Shown: positions 23,141-36,340, numbered from the stretch's first letter. The stretch is 64,000 nucleotides of DNA from an uncultured Gemmatimonadales bacterium (GCA_963821525.1 CAWGED010000004.1:192001-256000); one strand, 5' to 3'. Notes: generated from the sequence alone by a model not told the origin. A program made the numbers and translations.

Positions 23141-23958
23141 GGCGACGGGGTGAGCGAGTCTTTCTGCGCGACGTGCTCCGAATCCCGTACCGACCCCGGA
23201 GGAAGTTCATAGAGTAGTTCCAGGGTCCGGTTGTCGCGCTCAGAGGCGCGGGGAGCCATCGCTCCAGGATGCATGATATCGGTGGTTTCCCCCGAGTGAG
23301 GCAGGCCGAGAGCGTGTCCCACTTCGTGCAGGGCCACGGCACGCATGGCGACCGGAGGTAGCTGGTTTCCCGCGGTATCGTGGATGGCGAGAACGATGAC
23401 CGCGCGGTGGATTCGCCCGCTGCGGTCCCAGGTGAGGTCGGTCTGGCCGGCACGATCAATCTGGAAGCGATCGATCCAGCGCACCGAGATCGCGGCGCCT
23501 GCGGTGTCCTGCACTTCGGCCCACTGGAGGCCGAGCCGGCGCAGGTCCCAGACCTCGAGAGCTTCCCGGACATATCCGGCCATGGCGGGATTGTAGCCGG
23601 GAGGACCACCGGGAGCGATCGCGACACCGAGCGTCACACCCCCGCTGCCATTTCCCCAGCGGCGAACGACCGAGTCGGTCGTGGCCAACAACGAATCGAG
23701 GTAGACTCGATCCGCCTCGCCACGGATTCTCTGGCGTACCGCGAGTCGGGCGAGACGGTCGAGGGGAGAGGTAGGCGGTGCATCGGCTGAGGTGGTGTCG
23801 GTCGGCCGGGCCATGGCGAGGGGAGCGGCGGCAAGCCTGGTACCCGCCTGGGCAGTCGCGGACGGAGCGGGAGCGGAACGCAGGAAATCTCCCGCCTTGT
23901 CGACCACCACAAGGGCGACCAGCGCAAGGACCAGCATGACGAGCACGATGCGTGGCAT
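23137..23958 (-). CDS. Matrixin family (metzincin) metalloprotease
   Basis: HEVGHALGLPH plus Met-turn DIMHP; N-terminal hydrophobic anchor. Confidence 0.88.
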   Translation of the reverse strand: MPRIVLVMLVLALVALVVVDKAGDFLRSAPAPSATAQAGTRLAAAPLAMARPTDTTSADAPPTSPLDRLARLAVRQRIRGEADRVYLDSLLATTDSVVRRWGNGSGGVTLGVAIAPGGPPGYNPAMAGYVREALEVWDLRRLGLQWAEVQDTAGAAISVRWIDRFQIDRAGQTDLTWDRSGRIHRAVIVLAIHDTAGNQLPPVAMRAVALHEVGHALGLPHSGETTDIMHPGAMAPRASERDNRTLELLYELPPGSVRDSEHVAQKDSLTPSP

Positions 23959-24055
23959 GAGTGCAGGAAATATTGTGGGAACGGGTTCCCGCCCGCTATG
24001 GCTAGCGTGGCTCTCCAGCGGCGCCTAAGATTTTCGCCGTGGAGACCCCACCTTC

Positions 24056-26364
24056 GTGACCAAGTTCTTCGCCAGAAACCTCATCCGCTGGCGCTGGGCG
24101 GTGATCGTCGCCTGGGCGGTGATCGGATACCTGGCCGCGGCCCGCGCTCCACATGTCGTGGAGGTCCTCAATACGCGGGGAGGCAGCCGCGCGCCGACCG
24201 AGGCATCCCGGGTAGACGAGATTCTGCGCACCCGGTTCAACAAACCGCTCAACGATTTCTTCGCGGTAACGCTCGAAGCTCCCGAGCGATTCGACAGCGG
24301 CCTGCCTCGCGAGTTGCTCGATTCCCTGATCGCCCGATTTGAGCGGCGGCGCTTCGTGAGCGGCGTGGTCTCATTCCGCTCCACAGGTGATTCGACGTTC
24401 GTGAGCAAGGACGGCAAGGCGACGGTCCTTCTGCTGGGACTGGTGCCGGCCAAGGGGGATAGCGTCGCACGAATGGTGCCGCCGGTTCGGAAGACGGTTT
24501 CAGAAACTCTGGCCGATCTCAGGCTCGACCCCAACACCTATCGAGTGCGGGTGACCGGCCGGTCCCCGCTGGATCTCGACATCCGCAATATCGCCGCCAG
24601 CGACAGCCGAAGAGGCGAAATCCGGCTGCTTCCGCTGACCGCGGGGATTCTGCTGCTGGCGTTCGGTGCCCTGGTGGCGGCGGTCCTGCCGCTGATCGTG
24701 GGATTCCTCGCGATCTGGATCACCCTCGCGATCATTTCGGTTCTGGCGAGCTTTACGCCGATGTCGGTCTTCGTGCTCAACATGACCACGATGATGGGAT
24801 TGGGCGTGGGCATCGACTACTCGCTGCTCATCGTGACCCGGTTTCGCGAGGAGCTGAACCGGGGCTTGCGGCGGCGCGAAGCGGCGCTGCGCGCGCTCAG
24901 CACGGCTGGTGTGGCGGTGATCACGTCGGGGCTTACGGTGGTCGTCGGCTTCGCCGCGCTACTCCTCACGCCGCTGGTGGAGACCCGGAGCGTCGGCCTC
25001 GGCGGCCTGGTCGTCGTGGCGGTGGCGGTGGCCTGCTCTCGATCACGCTCCTGCCGGCGCTCCTCGCGGTCCTGGGCCGCCAGATCGACCGCCCCCGCTG
25101 GCTCGCCCGACGACTCACCTGGTACCACGCGCCGACGGTCTGGGAGCGCTGGGCCCGGAGCCTGAGCCGGCATCCGCGGCGCGCGCTGGCGATCGGCGGA
25201 GCATCCATCGCGCTCCTCACGGCGCCGGTCTTCTGGATCCGCATCGGCTTGCCGGCGCGGCACTGGTGGCCCGATCAGACCGAGGCCGGGCAGGGGGTCA
25301 AAGCCCTCGAAGCCATGGGCGTTTCCAACATGATTCTGCCGGTCCGGGTGGTGGTTGAAGCGCCGGCCGGGCAGACGGCGGTGAACGCCACGAGGCTGCG
25401 CGGACTCCGCGCCCTGTCCGATTCGCTGCGGGCCGATCCGCGGGTCCGCCAGGTCCGGAGCATCGTGGACCTGGAGCCCGGGACCTCGATCCTGCAGTAC
25501 TCCCTGCTCTACAGCGACCTCCCTGCCGCCCGCGAGAAGTATCCGGGCCTTCTGGATGCCTACTTGAGCACGGACGGCACAGGTCGCTCTCATCGACGTC
25601 GATCCTGAGCGACACCGACCTCGCTCACCTTCCGGCGATGGATGCCTCGCGACGAGCTCCGCCGCTCGGCGCACGCCCCACCCAAGCAGCTCAAGGGCGC
25701 GAAGATCCTGGTCGGCGGATACACCGCGTCGAACCTGGATTTGCAGGATCTGACTGCTGGCTCAGTTCCCGCTGCTCGTGTTCCTGATGCTCGCCGTGAC
25801 CGGCAGTCATGCTGGCCATCGCCTTCCGGTCGGTGCTGGTACCGATCAAGGCCGTGATGATGAACACGCTCTCGGTGAGCGCCACCTTCGGGCTCATCGT
25901 GCTGGTCTTCCAGTACGGGGTTGGCGGAAAGCTCTTCGGACTGGACGGGCCGACCTCGGCCATCTTCGTGGTGATACCGGTGCTGGTATTCGCGGTGGTG
26001 TTCGGACTCAGCATGGACTACGAGGTCTTCCTGCTGGCCGGATCAAGGAGGCCTTCGACCGCAGCGGGAAGAACGATCAGGCGACCGAAGAGGGGCTGTC
26101 CGCGACGGCGTCCGTCATCACCTCGGCGGCGCTGATCATGATCCTGGTCTTCGGGGTCGTTCGCCTTTGCGCGGGTGCTGGTGATGCAGTTCCTCGGCTT
26201 CGGGCTGGCCGTGGCGGTGCTGCTCGACGCGACCATCATCCGGATGGTGCTGGTGCCGGCGTTCATGCACCTGGCGGGCGAGTGGAACTGGTGGCCCGGA
26301 GGGCAGAGAGAACGGGAGAGAGGAGAAGGGAGACGGGAGCCGGGAAGGCGGTCCCGGCGTATAG
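24056..26364 (+). CDS. MMPL/RND family transporter (multiple frameshifts)
   Basis: [57 protein letters not shown]. Confidence 0.88.
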
Positions 26365-26371
26365 AGCGAGC

Positions 26372-29167
26372 TTACTTCTTCGCGTCCAGCCAGTTCTCCC
26401 CGATCCCCACGTCGACAACCAGCGGCACTTTCAACTCGGCCGCGCCCTCCATGTGCTCGCCGCACGAGATCCTTCACGCTTCCGCCTCGGCTCGGCGCCT
26501 CGACGACCAGCTCGTCGTGCACCTGGAGCAGGAGCTTCGCCCCGGGATCCTCCGCCTGCAGCGCGCCGTGAATCCGGCACCATCGCGATCTTGATGAGAT
26601 CGGCCGCGGAGCCCTGCAACGGCGTGTTCTGCGCGGTGCGCTCGGCGAAGGCGCGCAGGTTGAAATTCTTGTCGTGAATTTCCGGGATGTAGCGCCGCCG
26701 GCCGAACAGGGTCTCGACGTAGCCCGGTATCCCGGGCGATCCGTACCTGCCGATCGAGAAAGGCTCGCACGCCGGCAAAGCGCTCGAAGTACTGGGCGAT
26801 GAACGCCTTCGCTTCCTCCTGAGAGATGCCGAGCTGTCGACAGAGGGCGAAGGCACCCTGTCCGTAGATGGTGCCGAAGTTGATGGTCTTGGCCCGGGCC
26901 CGCATCTCGGCGGTGACCTCGTCTACCGGGACGCCGAAGATGAGCGACGCGGTCTGCCGGTGGATGTCGCCGCCCTCCCGGAAGGCCTGAATGAGGACGG
27001 GGTCGCCGGAGAGATGCGCCAGTGAGCCGCAGCTCGATCTGGGAATAATCCGCCACCACCAGCCTGCGACCCGGCTCCGGGAACAAACCCGCGACGGATC
27101 GCCTCGCCCCGCGGCGTGCGGACCGGAATGTTCTGCAGATTGGGATCGGACGAGCTGAGCCGGCCGGTGGCGGCTCCGGTCTGGTTGAAGCTGGTGTGGA
27201 TCCGCCCGGTGACGCGGTTGACCCGCGCGGGCAGCACGTCCACATAGGTGGACTTGAGCTTCTGGAGCTCCCGATACTCGAGGATCAGGCGGGGAACCTC
27301 GTGACCCATGCGCGGCGAGCTGCTCCAGCACGTCGGCGTCGGTGGAGGGTCCGGTCTTGGTCTTCTTGAGGACCGGCAGCTGAAGCTTGTCGAAGAGCAG
27401 CACCGCCAGCTGCTTCGGCGAATTGAGGTTCAGGTCCGACGCCGGCTGCTGCGCGATCTCCCGCTCGAGCGCCGCGAGTTCTGCGTCAACTCCGGAGCTC
27501 AGCCGGCGGAACAGCTCCCGGTCGATCGCGATGCCGGTCCACTCCATGTCGGCCAGCACCGGGACCAGCGGCAGTTCGATCTCGGTGAGAAGCCGGTCAG
27601 CTTGAGCTGATCGAGCTGGGGCGTAAACCACGCGTGGAGCCCGAGCACCGCCAGGCATTGGCGCACAGGAGACGTTCGCCACGGCGGCCTGGGAGAGCTC
27701 AGCCACGGGTCTGGGCGGCCTGCCCCTCGCCGGCGCCTCGAGCTGGGGCAACTGCCGGCCCAGGTGCTCGAAGGCGAGGTCGTCGATCGCGTGGGTGCGC
27801 CGGCCGGGATCGAGGACGAAGCTCGCCAGCATCGAATCGTAGGCTACTCCGGCGAGCTCTACCCCGCGCGCCGAAGGACCTGCCAGTCGTACTTGATGTT
27901 GTGACCCGCCTTGGGCACCGAGGGATCGGCGAGTACCGCAGCGACTGACGCCAGAGCCGGACTGTCCAGTGGCGGGAGATTGGGAACGGCCGCCGGTGCC
28001 GCGAGCTCGCCATCTTCCGGGCGATGTCCGAAGGAGAGGTACCAGATGTTCGGAAGGCGCCGGCGGCGAGCGACAGCCCGATCAGCGTGGCGTCGCGTGG
28101 ATCGACCGACCGGAGGTCCTGGCGCTCAGGGCCACCAGGGGCGCGGCGCGAAGGCGGGCGACTATTTCTGGCAACTCCGAAGAATCGGCGACGACGCGGG
28201 CGGGAGTCCGCCTGAGCCGCTCGGAGCCTCCGCTGGCTGTCCCGGCGGCCCGTTCCACAGGGGGCGCCATGACCTCGTATTTCCGCACCAGGGAGTAGAA
28301 CTCGAGCTCGCTGAAGATCTTGAGCAAAGCCGGAACATCGGGCTCGCACTCTTCGAAGCGCGGCGGGATCGAGGGTCACCGGCACATCGCGCTTGATGGT
28401 GACCAGTTCCCTGGAAAGGCGAGCCTGCGTCGGCGTATGCGATCAGAGCCTCGCGAGCCCGCTTGTTCTTGACCTCTTCCGCGCGGCCGAGCAAGGATTC
28501 GAGGTCCCCGAACTGCTGCAGCAGCTCGACGGCGCCCTTCCCGCCGATGCCCTTCACTCCCGGCACGTTGTCCGACGAATCTCCCACCAGCGCGAGATAG
28601 TCCGCCACCTGTGCCGGCGGCACGCCGAGTCGTTCGGCGGCGTTCGACTCGTCCACCCAGTGCTCCTCGACTCCGGCGCTGCCGCCGCGGCCGGGATTGA
28701 GCAATGCGACGCCGGGACCGATGAGCTGATAGAAATCCTTGTCTCCCGATACGATGACCACCTGCCAGCCCTGCTCCACACCCTTCACCGCGAGCGATCC
28801 GATCACATCGTCCGCTTCATACCCGTTGAGCGCTACCAGGGGAATGCGGAAGGCGGCGAGCAGCTGCTTGATCCGCTCTACCGAGCGGTCGAAGTCGGCC
28901 TGAAGCTCGCTATCGAGCTTCTCCCGGGTGGACTTGTATTCGGAGTAGCAGCGCGGTGCGGAAGGAGTCGCCGGCGTCGTGGATCCACGCCAGGTAATCC
29001 GGCTGGTACTTCTCCCGGAGTTTCAGCAGGAAATTGACGACGCCCAAAGCCGCCGAGGTGTTCTCGCCCTTCGTGGTGCGCAGGGGACGCGCGATCAGGG
29101 CGTAGAACGCTCGGTAGATGAGGGCGTAGCCGTCGATCAGGTAAAACTGGGGAGGGTCGTGCCGCAT
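26372..29167 (-). CDS. polA: DNA polymerase I (multiple frameshifts)
   Basis: [78 protein letters not shown]. Confidence 0.95.
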
Positions 29168-29188
29168 GGAGGCGGAAACTTAATCGCC

Positions 29189-30534
29189 TCAGCCCGCCTC
29201 GCGGCTCAACCTGGCAGCTATGCGTTCGAAGTCGGCACGGGAGGCCTGGGTCAGCTTGAAGCGGCCGAACCCGGTGTCGTCGCTGAAGAAGAGCGTGAGC
29301 TGGTACTGGGTATAGCTCCACCGGATGATCCGGCCCTCGCTCAGGGGACTCGCGTCGAAGACCTCGTCCGGCTCTCCGATGCGGATCAGCACCTCCCCTC
29401 GGTCGGTGCGCCACCCGGCGACTCCTTCGTCGGTGAACCGCTGGTTGGCCAGCGCGACACGGGCGAAGTACTGGTCCAGCATTTCATTGGTCGGCGTCGC
29501 CGGGTTGGGATCGGTGCCGTGGTAGAAGGCACGCCAGCGCTCCGACCGGTTCTCCGGCGTAGCGTCCCGCAATGAGTCGAGGTAGTCGGAGGCGGGGAAG
29601 TAGCGCAGCAGGCCGACCATGTCCTCGTAGTTGCTGGTGACCCAGGCCCCCGAGAAGGCAACCAGAGCACTGCTCCGCTTCTCATCGGCCCCCTTCCCCA
29701 CGATGAGCTTCAGCTCGCCCAGCGGAGCCGCCTCCGGCGAGAAGCGATAGACGAAGGATTCGACCGGACGGCCTCCGACGATGGGAAATTTTTCCTGAGC
29801 GATGACGCTGTCGTCTACGTCCACCAGGATGAATGGGATGGTGTCAGGACCGGTGCGACTGTAGGCCTCGACGTAGGCCAGCGCCGTGTCCCCACCGTAG
29901 CTGAGCGCGCCTCGCGGGTTGACCAGGATGCCGATGGGGTCGCTGCGTGAGACCCTTCCCTTGGCGCGGTAGGTCAGGATCGGCGCCGAGACGCTTCCCG
30001 GAGGAAACGCGGGCACGACGAAGTCGCCCTCCGCGCGGGTCGAATTCTGGGAATCCCTATCGCGAATCGCGACCACGAAATGATGGGGACCCGCGGGGAG
30101 CAGGAGGGCATCCTGGAACAGGATGCTCTCGTCGACTCGCTGGGTTTCTTCGAAACTCGGGACCCGAACCGTCTGATCCTTCCCGAGGGTGACGCGGAGG
30201 CCGGCCCTGGGCCTGAGCGGTCAGATCGACCCGGTAGTGCGCCACGAAGTCGTTGCCGTCCCTCTGAAATCCGAACGAGCGATTGGAGAGGGAGATGCCG
30301 ATGATGGCGACCGTCGTGTCTCCCACGCCGCCAAGAAACGAGACCGATGCCACGAATGGCAGCGGGCTACCGGCAGTAAGGCGGCCGATTCGCTTGAAGG
30401 CCGCCTGGACATCCAGAATCTGGGTGAGGGTTTCGCCGCGGTCCGGAGGGGTCGAGCTGCCTTCCCGCTGCCAGCTTCCGCACCCGAGAGACGAGGAGGG
30501 CGACGGCAAGTGGCGGCCCGAGAGAGACTTTCAT
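29189..30534 (-). CDS. GWxTD domain-containing protein (frameshifted)
   Basis: DPNPATPTNE...YFARVALANQRF...GWRTDRGEVLIRIGEPD. Confidence 0.85.
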
Positions 30535-30540
30535 TGACCT

Positions 30541-30570
30541 AGCTTACCTGTTCGTCGTCAACAGCGTCAA
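30541..30570 (-). promoter_or_regulatory. Putative sigma70 promoter of GWxTD gene (leaderless)
   Basis: TTGACG -18 nt- TAAGCT -6 nt- ATG. Confidence 0.55.
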
Positions 30571-30621
30571 GCAGTGTGCTTGCTCGGGTTCCGACGTCGG
30601 GGTAATTTTGCTCGCGATCTC

Positions 30622-31513
30622 ATGAGCCAAGACAACCTCGTCGGCCGAACCGTAGCGGGGTACCGCCTCCTCCAACACGTCGGCGAGGGCGGTACCGCTG
30701 CCGTTTACCGTGCCGAGCATCCCGAGCGCGGGCTGGCGGCCCTCAAGGTCCTGCGCACCCGCCTGGGGCAGGACCCGGTCGCCGTCAAAGCGGTTCCTCC
30801 GCGAGGCCGAGTTCGGGACCCGGGTCCAGCACCCGAACGTGGTGAAGACCTACGAATTCGGCGAGACGGACGGGATGTACTATCTCGCGCTCGAGTGGAT
30901 GGACGGCGAGCCGCTGGAGAAATTCGCCCTTCGCTCGGGCCGCCTGGCACCGATCCTGGTCGCCACCATCGTCGAGCAGATCGGCGCGGCACTCACTGCC
31001 GCGCACGCCCTCGGCATCATTCATCGCGATCTCAAGCCCGCCAACATCATGTACGACCCCTCGACGCAGCGAGCGATGCTGCTCGACTTCGGGATCGCGC
31101 GGGACCAGGACCTGAAACCCGAGGAACGACTGACCCGGACCGGTTTCTTCGTCGGCACGCTGCAATACGTCGCTCCGGAAGCGCTCTCTGGCGAGCTGGT
31201 GAATCAGCAGGCGGACGTCTACAGTCTCGCCACCATCGCCTATTATCTCCTGACCGGCACCCTGCCCTACACCGGGCGCTCTCCGCGAGAGCTGTTTCAG
31301 CAGCTTCTGACTCAGCCTCCGCAACTTCTCAATCAGGCCGTGAAGGGGCTCAAGTTTTCTCCCGCCATCGAACAGGTCGTGATGTCTGGACTCGAGCGCG
31401 ACCTCACCAAGCGAAGTAAGAGCATTGACGAGTTCTCTCAGCGCTTTTGCACGGCGGTACGGGAGGAGACCGGGAAGAAGGGAGGCTTCCTGAGCAACAT
31501 CTTCGGCCGATGA
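30622..31513 (+). CDS. Hanks-type Ser/Thr protein kinase, kinase domain only (frameshift near 30790)
   Basis: VGEGGTAAVY, AALKVL, HRDLKPANI, DFGIA, GTLQYVAPE, DVYSL. Confidence 0.92.
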
Positions 31514-32068
31514 CGAGAGATTCTGAACTCGCCGCGCTTGACCAGCTGCTGCTCGAACGCTCGGTCAGGCGCGGCGATTTTGTGCTCGCCTCCGGGCGGC
31601 GATCGTCGTTCTACGTGGACGCGCGACTCACTACCATGTCGGCTCAAGGGCTCGTGCTCATCGGCCGGGTCGGGCTTCAGGCAATACGAACCAAGGGCTG
31701 GACTCCGGACGCGGTCGGCGGACTCACCATGGGGGCCGATCCGGTGGCCTACGCTATTGCGGCAGCCAGCGCTCCAGTCCCCTCCTCAGGTGCAGGCCTT
31801 CAGTGTCCGCAAGGAGGCGAAGGCACACGGTACCGGTCGACGTATCGAAGGGAACTTTGCCGCCGGTAACCGCGTGGTCATCGTCGAAGACGTGCTCACG
31901 ACCGGTGGCTCGGCCCAGCAGGCGGTAACCAGGGTTCGTGCGGAGGGCGGCCAGGTGCTCGGCGTGCTGACGGTGGTCGACCGGGAAGAAGGGGGACTGA
32001 ACGCACTCGAGGCGCAGGGAATCGAGGTAGTATCCCTCACGACTTCTACGATCCTGGGCCTCCGCTAG
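31510..32068 (+). CDS. pyrE: Orotate phosphoribosyltransferase (frameshift near 31775)
   Basis: GDFVLASGRRSSFYVD, VGGLTMGADP, VRKEAKAHG, VEDVLTTGGS. Confidence 0.93.
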
Positions 32069-32070
32069 AG

Positions 32071-32934
32071 CTATTTCGGGCGAGACCCGCCCGCGCCCAA
32101 CGGATGGAAGCTCCGCAGTACCCGCCCATAAGGCACAATCATCACATCGACGAATCGATCGAGCGCGGCGCTGAACGGAAAGCGGCGGCGCAGCTCCGAA
32201 GTGTTCATCCCCAGGAGCGATCGCACGTGCCGCGCGAAACTCTGCGGTGAGCTGAACTCCAGGCGGTAGGCCACATCGGCGACGGTGAGTCCCCGCCGCT
32301 CGAACAGGAGGCTCGCATGGAGCAGCCGCACCGCGGCCAGATAGCTCTTGGGAGAGGGGAGACCAGCTCGAGAGAACCGCGACATCAGGGTGGTACAGCG
32401 CACATGAAGGCGGTCGGCCAGGTCGCGCGCGGTGACTACTTCCGGGGAGAATTGAACGAGTGCCTCGAAGAAGAGGCGGGTGTCCGGAGGGACTTCTCCC
32501 AACGCCGCGAGAATCGGCGCCTGAAGCCGGGCGGAATCCCTGCTCGCCGGCTGTCCCAGCACCTGCCGAAGCCGTTGCCATCCGGCGGGCGTGCTCACAT
32601 CCACCACTTGCCGCACACCCGAGGCGCCGAGTTGAAGCAATACTTCAGAGCCGGACGCATCGGCCTGACTCACCAGTGCCACGGTGGGGACTTCCGGAAA
32701 GTCACGCGTCAGGTGGTTCAGCTGGTCGAGCGGCGCCCCACGGCATTGCCGGACCGAGAGGAGTACCGCGTCTACCGCACGCTCCCGGACCACCCGGACG
32801 ACGTCGGGCAGAGACTCGCGATGGAGGAGAGAAAACCAACCTCCGCTTGCCGCATCCAGCCGGGGCCTCTCCTCTGGGGAGACCACGGCGGCGATCACCG
32901 GGGCGGATTCGGCGGTCTGGAGGGCATCGCTCAC
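32071..32934 (-). CDS. AraC-family regulator with degenerate N-terminal receiver-like domain
   Basis: C-terminal VADVAYRLEFSSPQSFARHVRSLLGM AraC HTH; N-terminal VDAVLLS...PEVPTVAL..LQLGASG. Confidence 0.8.
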   Translation of the reverse strand: MSDALQTAESAPVIAAVVSPEERPRLDAASGGWFSLLHRESLPDVVRVVRERAVDAVLLSVRQCRGAPLDQLNHLTRDFPEVPTVALVSQADASGSEVLLQLGASGVRQVVDVSTPAGWQRLRQVLGQPASRDSARLQAPILAALGEVPPDTRLFFEALVQFSPEVVTARDLADRLHVRCTTLMSRFSRAGLPSPKSYLAAVRLLHASLLFERRGLTVADVAYRLEFSSPQSFARHVRSLLGMNTSELRRRFPFSAALDRFVDVMIVPYGRVLRSFHPLGAGGSRPK

Positions 32935-33184
32935 AGGGACTCCTGCGGTAGACGGCCCCACGATAGCCCCGGCGGTTCAACCGCCATTCAAGTCATCCCC
33001 ATACCGTTAAGAATGTGTAGCGGTGTGCAACCTTTGGGGGAGGCAAAACGTCTAGTGTCTGGATGGATTGGCCACCCTATCGACCCATCCATATCTTGAC
33101 CGTGGATTACAAGATGCGATCCCGACAGCCGACGCCACGATGGGTACGGTAGCCGGGACCGAGCCGACTCATCGGGAGACTCCC

Positions 33185-36100
33185 GTGACCGGTCCTGACG
33201 AGCTTTCCTCCCGCCTCCAGGCGGCCCTCGGGCCTCAGTATCGGCTCGAGAGCGAGCTGGGGCATGGCGGGATGGGCGTCGTCTTCCTCGCCCGTGACAC
33301 CACGCTTGACCGCCCGGTGGCGGTGAAGGTGGTGCACCCCGATCTCGCGGTACATGGCGCGATCACGCAGCGCTTCCTGGCGGAGGCGCGCATGATCGCG
33401 CGTCTCCGTCACCCCAGCATCGTCTCGGTTCACTCCGCCGGCGAAACCACCGGACTTTTCTACTACGTGATGGACTACGTGCCGGGCGAGAGCCTCCGGC
33501 AGCGGCTCAACCGTGAGCTTCGGTTGCCGCCCGCGGAGGTGGCACGGCTGCTGAGCGATCTCGCCGACGCGCTGCATGCCGCTGGACAGGCAGGTCTGGT
33601 GCACCGGGACGTCAAACCGGAGAACGTGCTGCTCGACAGCGCGACGGGCCACCCGATGCTGGCGGACTTCGGCATTGCGCGCGCGATGGTGCCGGACGGA
33701 AGCGGAAATGTGACGGCGGCTGGAGTCGCGGTGGGCACGCCGACCTACATGAGCCCGGAGCAGGCAGCCGGCGAGGCGGTGGATCACCGCAGCGATCTCT
33801 ACGGTCTCGGTGTGCTGGGATACGAGATGCTGACGGGACGGCCACCGTTCCGTGGGGCTAATGCCGCGGCGATTGCCTCGATGCATTTGTCGGAGCGCCC
33901 TACGCCGGTCGGCAATCTCCGTCCCGACGCACCGGCTCCGCTTGCCGCGGCGATCATGCGGGCCCTCGAGAAGAATCCGGCTGACCGCTGGCAGACCGGT
34001 TCCGAGTTCCGTCACGCGATTCAAGGCGAGGCGGTCACTCCACTTCCCAGCCGGTTGCGCCGGCGTGGTCTGGTATCGGCGGGAGTCGCGGTACTCCTCA
34101 TGGCAATCGTGGTCGCCGCTTTCGCGCTGAGACCCAACGGTCCGCCCGCCGGAGTCAACCCGCGCCATTCGATGCTGATTCTTCCCTTCGAGAACCTGCG
34201 GGGAGATGCCTCGGTAGACTGGCTGCGAGAAGGAAGCGTGAACATGCTCACGCTGAACCTTTCGCAGTGGAATGACCTGACGGCGGTCGATCACGAGCGG
34301 CTGCACGATCTCCTGGCCCGCCGCAAGCTGGGCGAAGGAACCGCAGTGGGTCTCGAAATGGCCCGGCAGCTCGCGCGCGATGCCGGCGCATGGACCGTGG
34401 TGCTGGGAGACTTCACCCGGGCCGGCGATTCATTGCATCTCGTGGCACGGGTCTACGACGTGGCGACGGGAAACCGGGTGGACGTGGCCCAGGTCGACGG
34501 CGCGCCGGGCGAGGATGTGCGCCCGCTGTTCGACCAGCTCGCTGCGAAGCTGCTCAATCTTTCCGGCGCCCCGACCGGGACTCGCGCCGAACTGTGGCGC
34601 GCCACGACTTCATCGGTCGAAGCGTTCCGCTCCTATCTCAAGGGAATCGAGCATCTGAACCAATGGAGCCTGGGGGATGCGGAAGCCGATTTGAGCCGGG
34701 CCACGAAGATCGATTCCACCTTCGCGCTCGCGTACTACAAGCTCGCGCTTACCCGAGGCTGGGCCACAGGACAAGGGGATTCGCTGGGGATCGAGGCGAT
34801 CCACCGGGCCACGCAATATTCCGACCGGTTGCCGGAGCGGGACCGGACCATGATCCGCGCCTATCGGGCTTTCATCGACGGCGACTACGCGACCAGCCGG
34901 GGCAACTACCAGCAGCTGCTCTCGCGGGACTCCACCGACGCTGATGCGTGGTACGGCCTGGGCGATGTGTGGTTCCACGATACGAACAAGAGCGTCCAGG
35001 TCGGCCACCGACATCACACCATGTCCTACCGGGCCTTCAAGAGGGCCATCGGGCTCGACCCCGGCTACTACCTCGCCTACGAGCACGTCCAGCAGTTACT
35101 GAACACCGCAGCGCAGAAGGATCCGCCGATGGTCCTGATGCCCAACGATTCGTTCGCGGTGACCGAAGATGACCGGGGCCACAGGCTGCTGGACAGCGCT
35201 ACGGTTGCGGCAGGCATCGACCGCGCTCGGTTGGCGGGGATTACCAGCGCGCGGAGCTGGATCGCGAGCCAGCCGGAGAATCCTCACGCCCAGAATGCGC
35301 TGATCGAGGCTCTCGCCGCGGCCCAGAACTATCCGGCGGCGCTGGCCGAAGTGAACCGGATCCGGAGCACCCCGTCAGGCGCCGCCCGTCCCGATCTCCC
35401 CTTCATTCGGGCGCGGCTGCTCACCGAGTCGGGAGACTTCGGGGGAGCCGAACGTGAGGTTCGCGCCGCCATCGACTCCACGACGCCCGAGGACTTTGCC
35501 CGCTATTCGGAAGGAACCCTGCCTCCGGAAACGGTCAGCCTGTTGAGCGCCGGGGCCAACCTGCTGGCGTATCACGGGAAGGTTCACGAGGCCCAGCAGG
35601 TGGTCGAGCTTGCCGGACGGGTTCAGGCCGAGTGGTTCGAGAACAGTATGTGGAGCCGGAAGCTCGGCGGGGAGCCGGCTTGGACCCAGCTTTTCCTGGG
35701 TCACTTGTATACCTCGGTGGGCGCGCCGGTCTCGGCGCTGCACGCCACCTGGGATGCGGTGTCTGACGGAGTGAAGGCGGCTCCCCGCACCGACCGCAAA
35801 GAGCTCATGCAATTCGGCTGGCCCTCGGCGCTGGGACTCTTCCTGAGCGACGAAGCCGACAGCGGCGCTCTGCGTGAATTTGCCGGAACTCGAGGGGAAA
35901 AGCTTCCTCCGGAGATTCGAGTCCTTCAGGCCCTCGCGGAGAAGGACACCACGTCGGCCCGGAGGATGCTGACCGAGGCGGAGAAGAATCCCGAGTCGAT
36001 CGACTCTTCGTACAAGTCCCGGCCCATGTGGTGGAGCTACCGCACTCCACTTCTGGCCCAGGCCCACTTTCTCCTCGGGGACTACGAGACGACGATCAAG

Positions 36101-36340
36101 CTTTTGCGTGATTTCGAGCCGACCCACTTTGCGTCGCGCTACTTCGATTCCCGCTGGGGTCTCGCCGGGAGAGTGCGACTGCTCAGGGGAGTCGCCTACG
36201 AAAAACTGGGCCAGCCCCAACTGGCACGGACGGAATACAAAGCTGTTCTGGAGCAATGGGCGGACGCCGATTCAGCCCTGCAGCCCTTCGTCCGCCAGGC
36301 TCAAGCGGGATTGCTCAGGGTAGGCGGAGGGGTGGGCTAA
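33185..36340 (+). CDS. Membrane Ser/Thr kinase with TolB-N-like and TPR C-terminal region
   Basis: [65 protein letters not shown] domain; TPR-like repeats. Start uncertain (ORF open from 33068). Confidence 0.9.
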   Translation: MTGPDELSSRLQAALGPQYRLESELGHGGMGVVFLARDTTLDRPVAVKVVHPDLAVHGAITQRFLAEARMIARLRHPSIVSVHSAGETTGLFYYVMDYVPGESLRQRLNRELRLPPAEVARLLSDLADALHAAGQAGLVHRDVKPENVLLDSATGHPMLADFGIARAMVPDGSGNVTAAGVAVGTPTYMSPEQAAGEAVDHRSDLYGLGVLGYEMLTGRPPFRGANAAAIASMHLSERPTPVGNLRPDAPAPLAAAIMRALEKNPADRWQTGSEFRHAIQGEAVTPLPSRLRRRGLVSAGVAVLLMAIVVAAFALRPNGPPAGVNPRHSMLILPFENLRGDASVDWLREGSVNMLTLNLSQWNDLTAVDHERLHDLLARRKLGEGTAVGLEMARQLARDAGAWTVVLGDFTRAGDSLHLVARVYDVATGNRVDVAQVDGAPGEDVRPLFDQLAAKLLNLSGAPTGTRAELWRATTSSVEAFRSYLKGIEHLNQWSLGDAEADLSRATKIDSTFALAYYKLALTRGWATGQGDSLGIEAIHRATQYSDRLPERDRTMIRAYRAFIDGDYATSRGNYQQLLSRDSTDADAWYGLGDVWFHDTNKSVQVGHRHHTMSYRAFKRAIGLDPGYYLAYEHVQQLLNTAAQKDPPMVLMPNDSFAVTEDDRGHRLLDSATVAAGIDRARLAGITSARSWIASQPENPHAQNALIEALAAAQNYPAALAEVNRIRSTPSGAARPDLPFIRARLLTESGDFGGAEREVRAAIDSTTPEDFARYSEGTLPPETVSLLSAGANLLAYHGKVHEAQQVVELAGRVQAEWFENSMWSRKLGGEPAWTQLFLGHLYTSVGAPVSALHATWDAVSDGVKAAPRTDRKELMQFGWPSALGLFLSDEADSGALREFAGTRGEKLPPEIRVLQALAEKDTTSARRMLTEAEKNPESIDSSYKSRPMWWSYRTPLLAQAHFLLGDYETTIKLLRDFEPTHFASRYFDSRWGLAGRVRLLRGVAYEKLGQPQLARTEYKAVLEQWADADSALQPFVRQAQAGLLRVGGGVG

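Noticed and set aside
26175..26594. MMPL C-terminal extension running antisense into polA
   Set aside because: A one-base shift gives a stop at 26364 just before the polA stop; likely artefact.
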